Assembly (NCBI GenBank): GCA_011176555.1
Contig: DUEF01000006.1
Coordinates: forward strand, 1-36,007
Direction: 5' to 3'
DNA length: 36,007 bases
Source: Caldilineae bacterium
GTDB lineage: Bacteria > Chloroflexota > Anaerolineae > J102
The notes under the pieces were generated by a model that had not been told where the DNA came from, did not search any database, and saw only the letters and a program-made list of their open reading frames with translations. The position numbers and the translations under genes are program-made. The first letter of the stretch is position 1, and every line of letters starts with the position of its first letter. Below, piece by piece: positions 1 to 7,998 of this stretch.

Positions 1-1725
1 GAAAACTATGTGCCGCTGGGCGATGAGGAGCTGCCTTCGATTGAGATCGGCCGTGTGGCGGGACATCCCGGCGTGGTGATCGTGGCGATGAACAGCGCCT
101 GGGCCAACTACCTGGAAGTCCCCTTGATGCTGGAGGCGACAAGAACGCCGCGAGCCCAGGTCGTGGCCGATCAGATGGCCGGCATTGGCATCGACGCGCC
201 GGAAGCGCTGGCGGTGTTGGTGGTCACGCTGGGCGAGGAGTCAAAACCAGCGGCGGGGCCAGCGCCTGTCGCGGCTGCTGGCGCCGCAACGGTGGCGGCC
301 AAACCCAGCGCTGCCATTCCTGCGGCCAAGCCGGGCAGATGGGAGGAGGAACAGGCCTATTGGGACAGCGCCAAACAAGAACCGAAACAGCCCCAGCGCC
401 AGGCGCCGGATAAAAAGGAGAAGGCGGCGGGCGTGATGGCGGGGTTGGGCGCGCGTCTGCGCCGGTCCCGGAAGGAGCGTCCCCAAAAGGAAGCAAAACC
501 AGCCAAGAAAAAGCGAAAGACGGTGCGCCGTATTCCCTTTGTATTGGCAATTGTAATTATTCTGGCTGTTGCTGTTGCCGCCATTGCGGCCGGAACCTGG
601 TACTACCAGGGACAACAGCGCATCCAATTCTTCAACAAATTCATGGGGGGCGCGCGCGTGAATTTGGAAGCGGCCCGTTCGACAACGGATGAAAACCAGG
701 CGCGGCGCTATCTGGAAGCGGCGGGAGAGCAACTCGACCAGGCGGAGCAATTTTTCCCGGAGCACCCGGATGTCACTGCCTTGCGAGCCGAGATTTTGGA
801 GGTGACGGCGGAGATTAATCACGTTCAGCCCTTGCTCGCTGGTTTTGATCAACCTTTGATCACCTTTACCGAACCAGACCGAGAGCCGCATGACGTGTTG
901 GTTCACGGTCTGAATATCTATGTGTTGGACAGCGGGCGAGATGTATTTGAGCGTTATCAATTGGATGAGGCGACCGGCGACCGGTTGGCAGGCGATGGCG
1001 CCCCCGAATTGCTGCTCCAGTCTGGCGTGACGGTCGGAGGGCGTCGTACGGGTGAGCTAGCGGAAGCGGTCTGGGCCCCGGCCATGAGCAACCGCACATC
1101 CAGCGGGCCGTTGGTGCTCGACCGCAGCAACCAGCTTTTCGAAATCAGCGACGCTCTGGGGCCGGTCAATGTTACACTGGCAGAGAATAGTGACCTGGGA
1201 TTCGTGGAAGACATGAATTTTTACGCGGGCAACCTCTATCTGATGGATACAACCGCTTCCCAGTTGTGGCGCTATCGGCCCAGCGGCGAAAGCTATACCG
1301 TTGAGCCTGAACCCTATTTCGCCGAGGATGCCAGCATCAACCTCAACAATGTCATTGATTTGACCATCGATGGCTCTGTGTGGTTGCTGCATCCGAACGG
1401 CACAGTCCTGAAATATTTTGCGGGCATCCAGGAATCGTTTGCCCTGGATGATGTGAATCCATCACTCAGCGATGCTGTGGCCATCTGGGCAAATGATGTT
1501 GAAGCGCCTGGTGGGCGTCTTTATATCGCCGATGCAGGTAGTGATCGTATCCTGGTTTTTGACAAGCAGGGTAAATTGCTACAGCAGTTGACCCCGGTCG
1601 ACCATCCCGGCGTTCTTAGGGATCTGCAGGACATTTACGTCGATGAAGTGTCCAATTACCTTTACGCCCTGACGGAATCAAGTCTCTTCCAGGTGTCTTT
1701 GCCGCCCATCGAGACAAACGATTGA
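1..1725 (+). CDS. Membrane-anchored protein with Ala/Pro/Lys-rich linker, one TM helix and C-terminal NHL/beta-propeller-like repeats (probably 5' partial at window edge)
   Basis: Frame 1 is open from base 1 (gaa aac tat gtg...), so the ORF-track GTG at 10 is probably internal. It has a basic stretch KPAKKKRKTVRR followed by the hydrophobic span IPFVLAIVIILAVAVAAIAAGTWYY. C-terminal blades such as LYIADAGSDRILVFDKQGKLL resemble NHL repeats. Confidence 0.6.
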   Translation, partial: ENYVPLGDEELPSIEIGRVAGHPGVVIVAMNSAWANYLEVPLMLEATRTPRAQVVADQMAGIGIDAPEALAVLVVTLGEESKPAAGPAPVAAAGAATVAAKPSAAIPAAKPGRWEEEQAYWDSAKQEPKQPQRQAPDKKEKAAGVMAGLGARLRRSRKERPQKEAKPAKKKRKTVRRIPFVLAIVIILAVAVAAIAAGTWYYQGQQRIQFFNKFMGGARVNLEAARSTTDENQARRYLEAAGEQLDQAEQFFPEHPDVTALRAEILEVTAEINHVQPLLAGFDQPLITFTEPDREPHDVLVHGLNIYVLDSGRDVFERYQLDEATGDRLAGDGAPELLLQSGVTVGGRRTGELAEAVWAPAMSNRTSSGPLVLDRSNQLFEISDALGPVNVTLAENSDLGFVEDMNFYAGNLYLMDTTASQLWRYRPSGESYTVEPEPYFAEDASINLNNVIDLTIDGSVWLLHPNGTVLKYFAGIQESFALDDVNPSLSDAVAIWANDVEAPGGRLYIADAGSDRILVFDKQGKLLQQLTPVDHPGVLRDLQDIYVDEVSNYLYALTESSLFQVSLPPIETND

Positions 1726-1960
1726 GTATTGTGTGTTTTGTTTGGTGGCCATCACGCAACACGAAGTTACTCCGCAAAATGTGTGTTGTGTATTTTATTC
1801 TCTTGGTGATGACATGACGGAACGCGCAATACGCAAAACGCTGGCATTTGGGTGTGGCTTCGCCACCTCATGCATCACGTGGCGCTGCTGAGCTTCACTG
1901 ACATTCTGCCGAGATCTACAGAGTTTGCGTGTTGTTGTCACGCGCGCTAGACTATTGGGT

Positions 1961-3424
1961 ATGACTCAGCTACAACAACCCGAATATCATGATCCGAAAC
2001 CCCGCCGTCCGATGCTGTTCTCGGGCGTTTTCTTGGGGGCTCTGTTACTGGTTTTTCTCGCAGCCTTTGGTTATGCCAGCTATCTGTTCTTCCAGACGGC
2101 GCGCACCATTGTGCTCAATGCTCCGCAGATGCGAAGTAATCCCGCGCCCGTCACCGCAGATGCTATCGTGCCAGGCGGCGATGCCGGTGCAGACGCTTCG
2201 GTGCAGACGCAAGTCGATACAACGGATTCGCAATCGTCGCTATCGGCGTTACTCGCCCCGATCTGGAACGAGCAGGAACCGATTAACATTTTGCTCTTGG
2301 GGATCGATCAGCGCCCGGGCGAGAAGGGATCCTATCGCACGGACACGATGATCCTGCTCAACATCGATCCCAAAACAGGCAATGTTGGCATGTTGTCTTT
2401 GCCCAGAGATCTCTGGGTGACTGTCCCTACCGTCATTCCGCGGGAAACGCGCATCAATGCCGCCCATTTCATCGGCGACTCTGATCCAAATTATAGCGGT
2501 GATGGCCCCACGCTGGCGAAAGAGACCGTTTCGTTGTTTTTGGGCCAGCCCGTTCATTATTACGTGCGCATCAACTTCGAGGGATTCCGCACATTGCTGG
2601 AAGAAATCGGGTGTCTTGAAATTGACGTGCCCTACACGATCGATGATCCCGAGTTCCCCGACGACAATTACGGTTACGATCCTTTCTATATCGAGGCCGG
2701 GCATTACTGCATGGATGCCGACACTGTGTTGAAATACGCCCGCACTCGACATCAGGACACCGATTTTGGGCGTATGAGACGACAGCAACAAGTGTTGGTC
2801 GCCGCCAAGGACAAGGTGCTCAGTGCTGATGAATTGCCGCATTTGATCTCCCGCATGCCGGCGCTGCTCAACGCACTGTCCGATTCACTCAAGACCGACA
2901 TGCCCATGAGCCAACAGATTACATTGGCGAATTTGGCGCGCAAATTGAACACGGACAACATGCGACGACTGGTGATCGATGGCAGCATGGTCGAAGCCAC
3001 TATCTTACCTTCGGGCGCTTACGTTTTGATGCCGAAGATGGATGTCATCCAGCCCGCGGTGGAAGCTTTCTTCAACCCCGAAGCGGTGTCGCCACCCAGT
3101 CCGACCGATGATCTCCGCATAGAACTAGAACGGGAAAATGCCCGTATTGCTGTGCTTAATGGCACGCCGAAGCCAGATTTGGCCCTACAGATCGGCGAAT
3201 GGCTGACCGCACAGGGGTTCTTCGTGGTCGGTTATGGCGAAGCGGATCGCACGGATTACGCTCAAACCCAGCTAATCGATTACGGTGGCAAGCCATTTAC
3301 GGTGCAGCAGCTTGTCGAGTTATTTGCCATTGTGGACGAAAATATCAGGCCTGGTGCAGGAGCGAACGATCAAGCAGATATTCAACTCATCATCGGGGCG
3401 GATTTCGATTTCCCCACCCAATAA
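1961..3424 (+). CDS. LytR-CpsA-Psr (LCP) family cell-envelope glycopolymer transferase with LytR_C-like tail
   Basis: LLLGIDQRPGEKGSYRTDTMILLNIDPKTGNVGMLSLPRDLWV is the LCP core. There is an N-terminal TM (FSGVFLGALLLVFLAAFGYASYLFF) and a C-terminal IAVLNGTPKPDLA...GYGEAD LytR_C-like domain. The ORF opens with TTG at 1925; ATG at 1961 is preferred but not proven. Confidence 0.85.
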   Translation: MTQLQQPEYHDPKPRRPMLFSGVFLGALLLVFLAAFGYASYLFFQTARTIVLNAPQMRSNPAPVTADAIVPGGDAGADASVQTQVDTTDSQSSLSALLAPIWNEQEPINILLLGIDQRPGEKGSYRTDTMILLNIDPKTGNVGMLSLPRDLWVTVPTVIPRETRINAAHFIGDSDPNYSGDGPTLAKETVSLFLGQPVHYYVRINFEGFRTLLEEIGCLEIDVPYTIDDPEFPDDNYGYDPFYIEAGHYCMDADTVLKYARTRHQDTDFGRMRRQQQVLVAAKDKVLSADELPHLISRMPALLNALSDSLKTDMPMSQQITLANLARKLNTDNMRRLVIDGSMVEATILPSGAYVLMPKMDVIQPAVEAFFNPEAVSPPSPTDDLRIELERENARIAVLNGTPKPDLALQIGEWLTAQGFFVVGYGEADRTDYAQTQLIDYGGKPFTVQQLVELFAIVDENIRPGAGANDQADIQLIIGADFDFPTQ

Positions 3425-3661
3425 CACCTGATGCTAGCGTCTTGAAAAGTCCGTCCAGAGATAGATGACGTGTTATGGGGGGAATTTTGTATTTTTCGTG
3501 ATTTCACCCCCAGACATGATTTGTATCATGGTCAACATCGCAAAAACATGACAAAATGCCTTAAGGACTCACGATAGGATAATCTGCGAAACGGAGTCGT
3601 GTGGAGCGGATGAACTATTGTAAGCTATTGAGTTCCTGGTCCTAAGGAGGCATGATTCACC

Positions 3662-4102
3662 ATGATCGCTCGCGATGTCATGACACCAGACCCATTCACG
3701 ATTGGCCCCAACCACGCCATCGGCGCCGCCCTGGCGAAAATGCGACGGGGGGGATTTCGCCGGTTGCCCGTTGTCGAAAATGGAAAACTGATTGGGATTA
3801 TCACAGATCGTGACTTACGTTTGGCTATGAACTCCCCTTATGTTTTGCGTGAAGGGTGGTATGATAGCTATTTAATGGAGCATATCGAGGTTCGGAGCTG
3901 TATGACGCCGAATCCGGTGACCGCATCCGCCACGGATGATCTCATTGATATCGTCGAACTCATGGAGAGGCGTAAAATCGGCGGTTTGCCAATCGTCGAA
4001 GGTGGCAAGCTGGTAGGCATTATCACCGAAACCGATCTACTGCATTGTTTGATCGCCTTGCTTCGGAAAGAAACCGACACGAAGGCATTACAACCGGCAT
4101 GA
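3662..4102 (+). CDS. Stand-alone CBS-pair domain protein
   Basis: 146 aa with two CBS repeats (ARDVMTPDPFTI...LPVVENGKLIGIITDRDL; VRSCMTPNPVTA...LPIVEGGKLVGIITETDL). AAGGAGG Shine-Dalgarno lies at 3645-3651. Confidence 0.85.
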   Translation: MIARDVMTPDPFTIGPNHAIGAALAKMRRGGFRRLPVVENGKLIGIITDRDLRLAMNSPYVLREGWYDSYLMEHIEVRSCMTPNPVTASATDDLIDIVELMERRKIGGLPIVEGGKLVGIITETDLLHCLIALLRKETDTKALQPA

Positions 4103-4117
4103 GTTGATTCGAGGATC

Positions 4118-4140
4118 TGGCAGTCTATTTTTCACTGCCA
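4118..4140 (+). terminator. Hairpin after first CBS gene (TGGCAGT-9nt-ACTGCCA), no clean U-tail
   Basis: 7-bp perfect stem seen directly. The loop is T-rich but the 3' flank is acgaaaag, so it may be a weak terminator or a processing site. Confidence 0.3.
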
Positions 4141-4220
4141 ACGAAAAGCTTAATACCCAATCCCCCAAACGCTGATTTGTTCTCGCCACTCACTCACTTG
4201 GTTCACCAACGGGGAACGCC

Positions 4221-4679
4221 ATGCATTACTATCTTGTTCGCGAAGTCATGTCTCAGCCTGCAATTGTCATCGAATGGAACGCGTCGATTCTTGACGCCTC
4301 CGCCCTGATGGAAGAGCGGAATGTGCGGCGCCTGCCAGTTGTGAACGATGAGAACACCGTTATCGGCATTGTAAGTTCCGGCGATGTGCGTGAAGCTACA
4401 TCGGTTTATCACACCGCCAGCCCTTATGCGCCCGACCAGGATGAAATCCTCCTGGCCGTCGATGAAGTGATGACAACGCCCGCCCTGACCGTGACGCCTG
4501 ACGCCACGCTTCTGGACACTGTGCGGCTTTTGGTTGAGCGCAAAATCGGCGGCGTCCCGGTTGTAGACGCCCTCGGACAACCGTTGGGGATGATCACCGA
4601 ATCAGATATCTTTCGCCTGTTGCTGCAAGAATGGAGCGAGCGAGAGGGAGACGAGGAAGGAGACGCAGAAGCAGCGTGA
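4221..4679 (+). CDS. Stand-alone CBS-pair domain protein with acidic C-terminus
   Basis: 152 aa with two CBS repeats (VREVMSQPAIVI...LPVVNDENTVIGIVSSGDV; VDEVMTTPALTV...VPVVDALGQPLGMITESDI) and a tail EREGDEEGDAEAA. Confidence 0.85.
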   Translation: MHYYLVREVMSQPAIVIEWNASILDASALMEERNVRRLPVVNDENTVIGIVSSGDVREATSVYHTASPYAPDQDEILLAVDEVMTTPALTVTPDATLLDTVRLLVERKIGGVPVVDALGQPLGMITESDIFRLLLQEWSEREGDEEGDAEAA

Positions 4680-4771
4680 ACCGCCGTTCGTAGCTATATC
4701 GAGGAAAGCGCCCTTCTATATACGATACTGCGGCCGCCACTCAGGATACTAATTCCGAACTCAGGGTGTTT

Positions 4772-6310
4772 TTAAGGAGTTTCGCGCCGCCATAACGGCA
4801 GGTAGATTGTCTGTGCGGGGATAACGTCCAGTTGCACGGGGTCAGACAGGCTTTGCCAGTGAGCGGCGTCGAAGGCGCGGGCTGTGAGCTCATAAGTTCC
4901 GCTCGTCAGGGTGAGCGCGGCCGAGAAATCGTCGCCATTGCGCACAGCGATGGGTTTGTCGTCAATGAGGTATTCCACGGTGGTCACGTCGACATTATCC
5001 GTGATGATCACGGTGACGTGAATGGGGACATCCGCAAAGATCTGTTCGCCCTGATCCGGCGTGAGGATCTGGATCGCCGGGGGGGTCATGTCTGCGCCCT
5101 CGCCGACGCTTTTGGCAGGATCATCGGCCAGGGAGACGCCGTAGCGCAGAGCTGCGCGATTTCGTTCCGTCTGGGCGGGGATGATATCGTCAGGCGGGTA
5201 GAAGCCAGGATTGGAGCTGGATGGGTAAAGTTCCCAAGTCACGGCGTAGATGCGCCGTTCTCCGTAAAACCAATCGGTGTGTTCGCCATCCACGACGTAC
5301 AGATCGCTAGCTTGCTGGGCGGTGTAGCCGTTCAGCGAGGCGATTTTTGAAGACATGGCCCTGAATATCTGAAGATCGTCCGCTTCCATATCGGGAGGGA
5401 GATCCAGGTAGGTGTAGCCATAAGGGTAGAGGATTAGTTCTCCGTAGGTGTGTAGAGAGAAGCTCATTGTCAAGCGCGGATGAGCGATGACAAAGTCTCG
5501 CAAGGCCTGAGATTCGGGCTCGGAAAAAGGGGCGGGGCCGCGATAGGTGTTCGAGCCCGTATACGAACTACTGCCGCCGCAACAGCCCCACCGGTAGCCG
5601 AAATTGCGGTTGAGATCAACGCCCCATGTCCCATCCTGATTGTCTCTCCGGTTTTTGCGCCAGTACGGCGGTTGAGAATGCCATTGGTCGATATCGTATT
5701 CGCTGCCGTCTGGGTTCAGGTTGGGTAGGATCCAGATATCGCGGTTGTCGATCAGGTTGGTGGCTTCCCCCTCCACGCCGTAGTTTTGCACTAGATCGTT
5801 GGCCAGGAAAAGCGCTTGCTCGATGCTCAAATGCTCGCGGGCGTGCGTGCCGCCGTAAATAAGGATGCCTTTCTCGTCCGCCTCGATTTCATGCGGTCGA
5901 TCGGTGATGCGCAACATCCACAATTCTCGACCTTGATGTGATTGCCCGATGCTCTGCAGGTGAGTGATGTCTGGGTAGGTGGCCGCCAATCCATGCAACT
6001 CGGACACCATTTCAGCGTAATCGTGATAGTCGTCGAAATCCGGCGGGAAAGCGAGCGGCGTCACCGCGGTGATCTGCTCCCCTCTTTTTTGCAAAGCCCG
6101 CAGCGTTTCTCTGTCTCCCGCCACCGTGATTGAATCCGTCGTCGCTCCCCATACCTCGAAACCTTCTTGCAGCAGGGCAGTGCGTTCTCGTTTATCGGGC
6201 ATGGCGAGGGTGATCAGGAATTGGTCTGGGGCCTGGGCGCGCGCCAGCAAGGTCGGGAGCAGCATCAGGGCGAGCAACAGGAGGATGGCGGGGATGATCT
6301 GTTTGGTCAT
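4772..6310 (-). CDS. Secreted M14-family zinc carboxypeptidase with C-terminal Ig-like domain
   Basis: Signal peptide MTKQIIPAILLLLALMLLPTLLARAQA. M14 motifs are GGTHAREHLSIE, NLNPDG, DLNRNF and SLHTYGELILYPYGY. Its ATG overlaps the upstream VOC stop (ATGA at 6307-6310). Confidence 0.85.
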   Translation of the reverse strand: MTKQIIPAILLLLALMLLPTLLARAQAPDQFLITLAMPDKRERTALLQEGFEVWGATTDSITVAGDRETLRALQKRGEQITAVTPLAFPPDFDDYHDYAEMVSELHGLAATYPDITHLQSIGQSHQGRELWMLRITDRPHEIEADEKGILIYGGTHAREHLSIEQALFLANDLVQNYGVEGEATNLIDNRDIWILPNLNPDGSEYDIDQWHSQPPYWRKNRRDNQDGTWGVDLNRNFGYRWGCCGGSSSYTGSNTYRGPAPFSEPESQALRDFVIAHPRLTMSFSLHTYGELILYPYGYTYLDLPPDMEADDLQIFRAMSSKIASLNGYTAQQASDLYVVDGEHTDWFYGERRIYAVTWELYPSSSNPGFYPPDDIIPAQTERNRAALRYGVSLADDPAKSVGEGADMTPPAIQILTPDQGEQIFADVPIHVTVIITDNVDVTTVEYLIDDKPIAVRNGDDFSAALTLTSGTYELTARAFDAAHWQSLSDPVQLDVIPAQTIYLPLWRRETP

Positions 6311-6675
6311 GCGTCAGGCTCCTCTTCATGCGCCGGTTCTAGCAAGAGCAGGCGATAGCCGTCCGGATCGATCAAGTTGATGTACCGGGCCCAGCCCTCA
6401 TCGATGGGAGGCCCTACGTCGATGTTGTGATCGAGTAAACGTTGGTGCATGGCATCGATGTCGGGGACGGCGATGGCGATGTACATATTCATTCCCAAAG
6501 GCGCGCCAGGCGCTAAATAGAGCTTGGTGTTGGCCAGATGGACGGTGGCGAAACTTTCATGATCTCCTTGAACGGGCAAACCAAGGGTTTCGCGATAGAA
6601 GTCGATGGCGCGTTGGCTGTTACTGACTTCTAGCCAGAGAAAATGCAGGGAGGGGTTCTTGTTAATCGTGGGCAT
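6307..6675 (-). CDS. VOC / glyoxalase-bleomycin resistance family protein
   Basis: 122 aa. The pattern LHFLWLEVSNSQRAIDFYRETLGL ... INLIDPDGYRLLLLE is typical of a paired beta-alpha-beta-beta-beta VOC fold. Confidence 0.75.
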   Translation of the reverse strand: MPTINKNPSLHFLWLEVSNSQRAIDFYRETLGLPVQGDHESFATVHLANTKLYLAPGAPLGMNMYIAIAVPDIDAMHQRLLDHNIDVGPPIDEGWARYINLIDPDGYRLLLLEPAHEEEPDA

Positions 6676-6710
6676 GTTGAGTTTGCAAGTTTGAGCAATA
6701 GATGAGAAAA

Positions 6711-6739
6711 TTGCATTTTGGTTCGACTTGGCGTATTAT
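6711..6739 (+). promoter_or_regulatory. Candidate sigma70-type promoter (TTGCAT-17-TATTAT) upstream of the glutaredoxin-like gene
   Basis: Hexamers and 17-nt spacer read directly from the sequence. It would give a ~175-nt leader. Confidence 0.3.
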
Positions 6740-6917
6740 ATTGCTGGGTCGGACGTGACCGCGCTGGTTCAAACACATTATACCAGCCACCATAAGCTAA
6801 TGTAACTTTCACTTCGCCTGTTTGCATCTAAGGTACTGGCTGGCGACGACTGTGTGGCCAGTTTTTGACGCCCAGGGAGTCTTTCCCCGGTAAATCTTTA
6901 GCATTAGGTTATCAAAC

Positions 6918-7187
6918 ATGGCAAGGAACAACGGAAAAACCAAGCAACCCAAAGTTATCATCTTTACAACACCGACCTGTGGCTGGTGCAAACGAGCCAT
7001 GAAGTATTTTCGCGCCAATGGCGTCAAGTTTAAGTCGGTTGACGTTTCCAAAGATCCTGTGGCAGCGCGGGATATGCAGCGTATGAGCGGCCAAATGGGT
7101 GTCCCTGTGATCAAGATCGGTAGAGAAGTTATCGTCGGCTTTGATCAGGGGCGCATCAATAAGCTGCTCGATATTCGTAAAAACTGA
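6918..7187 (+). CDS. Glutaredoxin-like / NrdH-like small redox protein (CxxC)
   Basis: 89 aa. VIIFTTPTCGWCKRAMKYFRANGVKFKSVDV...GVPVIKIG matches the glutaredoxin fold with a CGWC active site. Confidence 0.75.
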   Translation: MARNNGKTKQPKVIIFTTPTCGWCKRAMKYFRANGVKFKSVDVSKDPVAARDMQRMSGQMGVPVIKIGREVIVGFDQGRINKLLDIRKN

Positions 7188-7265
7188 TTGTCGTCTGACA
7201 GGTTTCCCCTGTCGTTATTCAATTTTCCAATTAAACCATTCTATCTCATAGCGGAGTAACCAACC

Positions 7266-7544
7266 ATGAAGATCGAACCTATGGGTGAACGCATCCTCAT
7301 CAAAATCATCGAGCAGGCCGATCAAACAAGTAGCGGCATTTTTCTGCCCGAGACAGCAAAAGAAAAACCCCAAGAGGGAGAAGTTGTAGCACTTGGCCCG
7401 GAAGTCGATGAAGACGACGTGCCGCTGCAGCCAGGTGACGTTGTCATGTACCCCAAGTACACTGGCACTGAGGTCAAGATTGATGGCGTCACTCACTTGA
7501 TTATGGATGCCAGCGATGTTCTGGCTCGCATCCATCGCGACTGA
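7266..7544 (+). CDS. groES: Co-chaperonin GroES (10 kDa chaperonin)
   Basis: MKIEPMGERILIKIIEQADQTSSGIFLPETAKEKPQEGEVVALGP...YTGTEVKIDG is a near-canonical GroES sequence. Confidence 0.9.
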   Translation: MKIEPMGERILIKIIEQADQTSSGIFLPETAKEKPQEGEVVALGPEVDEDDVPLQPGDVVMYPKYTGTEVKIDGVTHLIMDASDVLARIHRD

Positions 7545-7568
7545 TCCCGACCTTTTTCTTCACACCTG

Positions 7569-7604
7569 ACGCCCGCACGACTGACCCAGTGCGGGCGTTT
7601 TTTT
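7569..7604 (+). terminator. Rho-independent terminator after groES
   Basis: ACGCCCGCAC (7569-7578) pairs perfectly with GTGCGGGCGT (7589-7598), with a 10-nt loop and a TTTTTTT run to 7604. Confidence 0.75.
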
Positions 7605-7614
7605 GGCTGGCTCG

Positions 7615-7998
7615 ATGTTTTCTCCATCACAAATAACGCTCGACGATTTTCAGGAACTCGTCGAGGAAGCCTTGTTGACATTACCTGACGAGATCAGCAG
7701 CGTCATGGATAATGTGGCTGTGACCGTGGCCGAGCACCCTTCCGCCGCGCAGCGACGGGCGGTGCGCCTGAAGCCCGGGCAGGCGCTGTACGGTCTGTAT
7801 CAGGGCGTGCCTCTCACCCGGCGCGCAACGAATTATGGCATGGTTCCACCTGACCGCATCACGATTTTTATGTATCCGATGGTGTACAATCACCACACGC
7901 CGGAAGCGATTCGACGTCAGGTGCGTCGTACGGTTTTACACGAAATCGGCCATCATTTCGGCATGGATGAGGATCACCTGCGGCGGTTGGGTTACTGA
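7615..7998 (+). CDS. Small zincin-like metallopeptidase family protein (DUF1025-like, HExxH)
   Basis: LHEIGHHFGMDEDHL contains HExxH. The ORF-track TTG at 7603 sits inside the groES terminator U-tract, so ATG at 7615 (MFSPSQ...) is preferred. Confidence 0.7.
   Translation: MFSPSQITLDDFQELVEEALLTLPDEISSVMDNVAVTVAEHPSAAQRRAVRLKPGQALYGLYQGVPLTRRATNYGMVPPDRITIFMYPMVYNHHTPEAIRRQVRRTVLHEIGHHFGMDEDHLRRLGY

Noticed and set aside
3425-3661. Possible riboswitch (for example c-di-AMP/ydaO) upstream of the CBS genes
   Set aside because: I could not find any of the conserved ydaO or other riboswitch core motifs. Only a short CATGAT-TTGT-ATCATG palindrome is present.
7188-7265. CIRCE/HrcA operator upstream of groES
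   Set aside because: No TTAGCACTC-N9-GAGTGCTAA-like inverted repeat is present, only a 6-bp GACAGG/CCTGTC hairpin.
7603-7614. TTG start of the zincin-like ORF at 7603
   Set aside because: It lies within the U-tract of the groES terminator. ATG at 7615 is the first plausible start.
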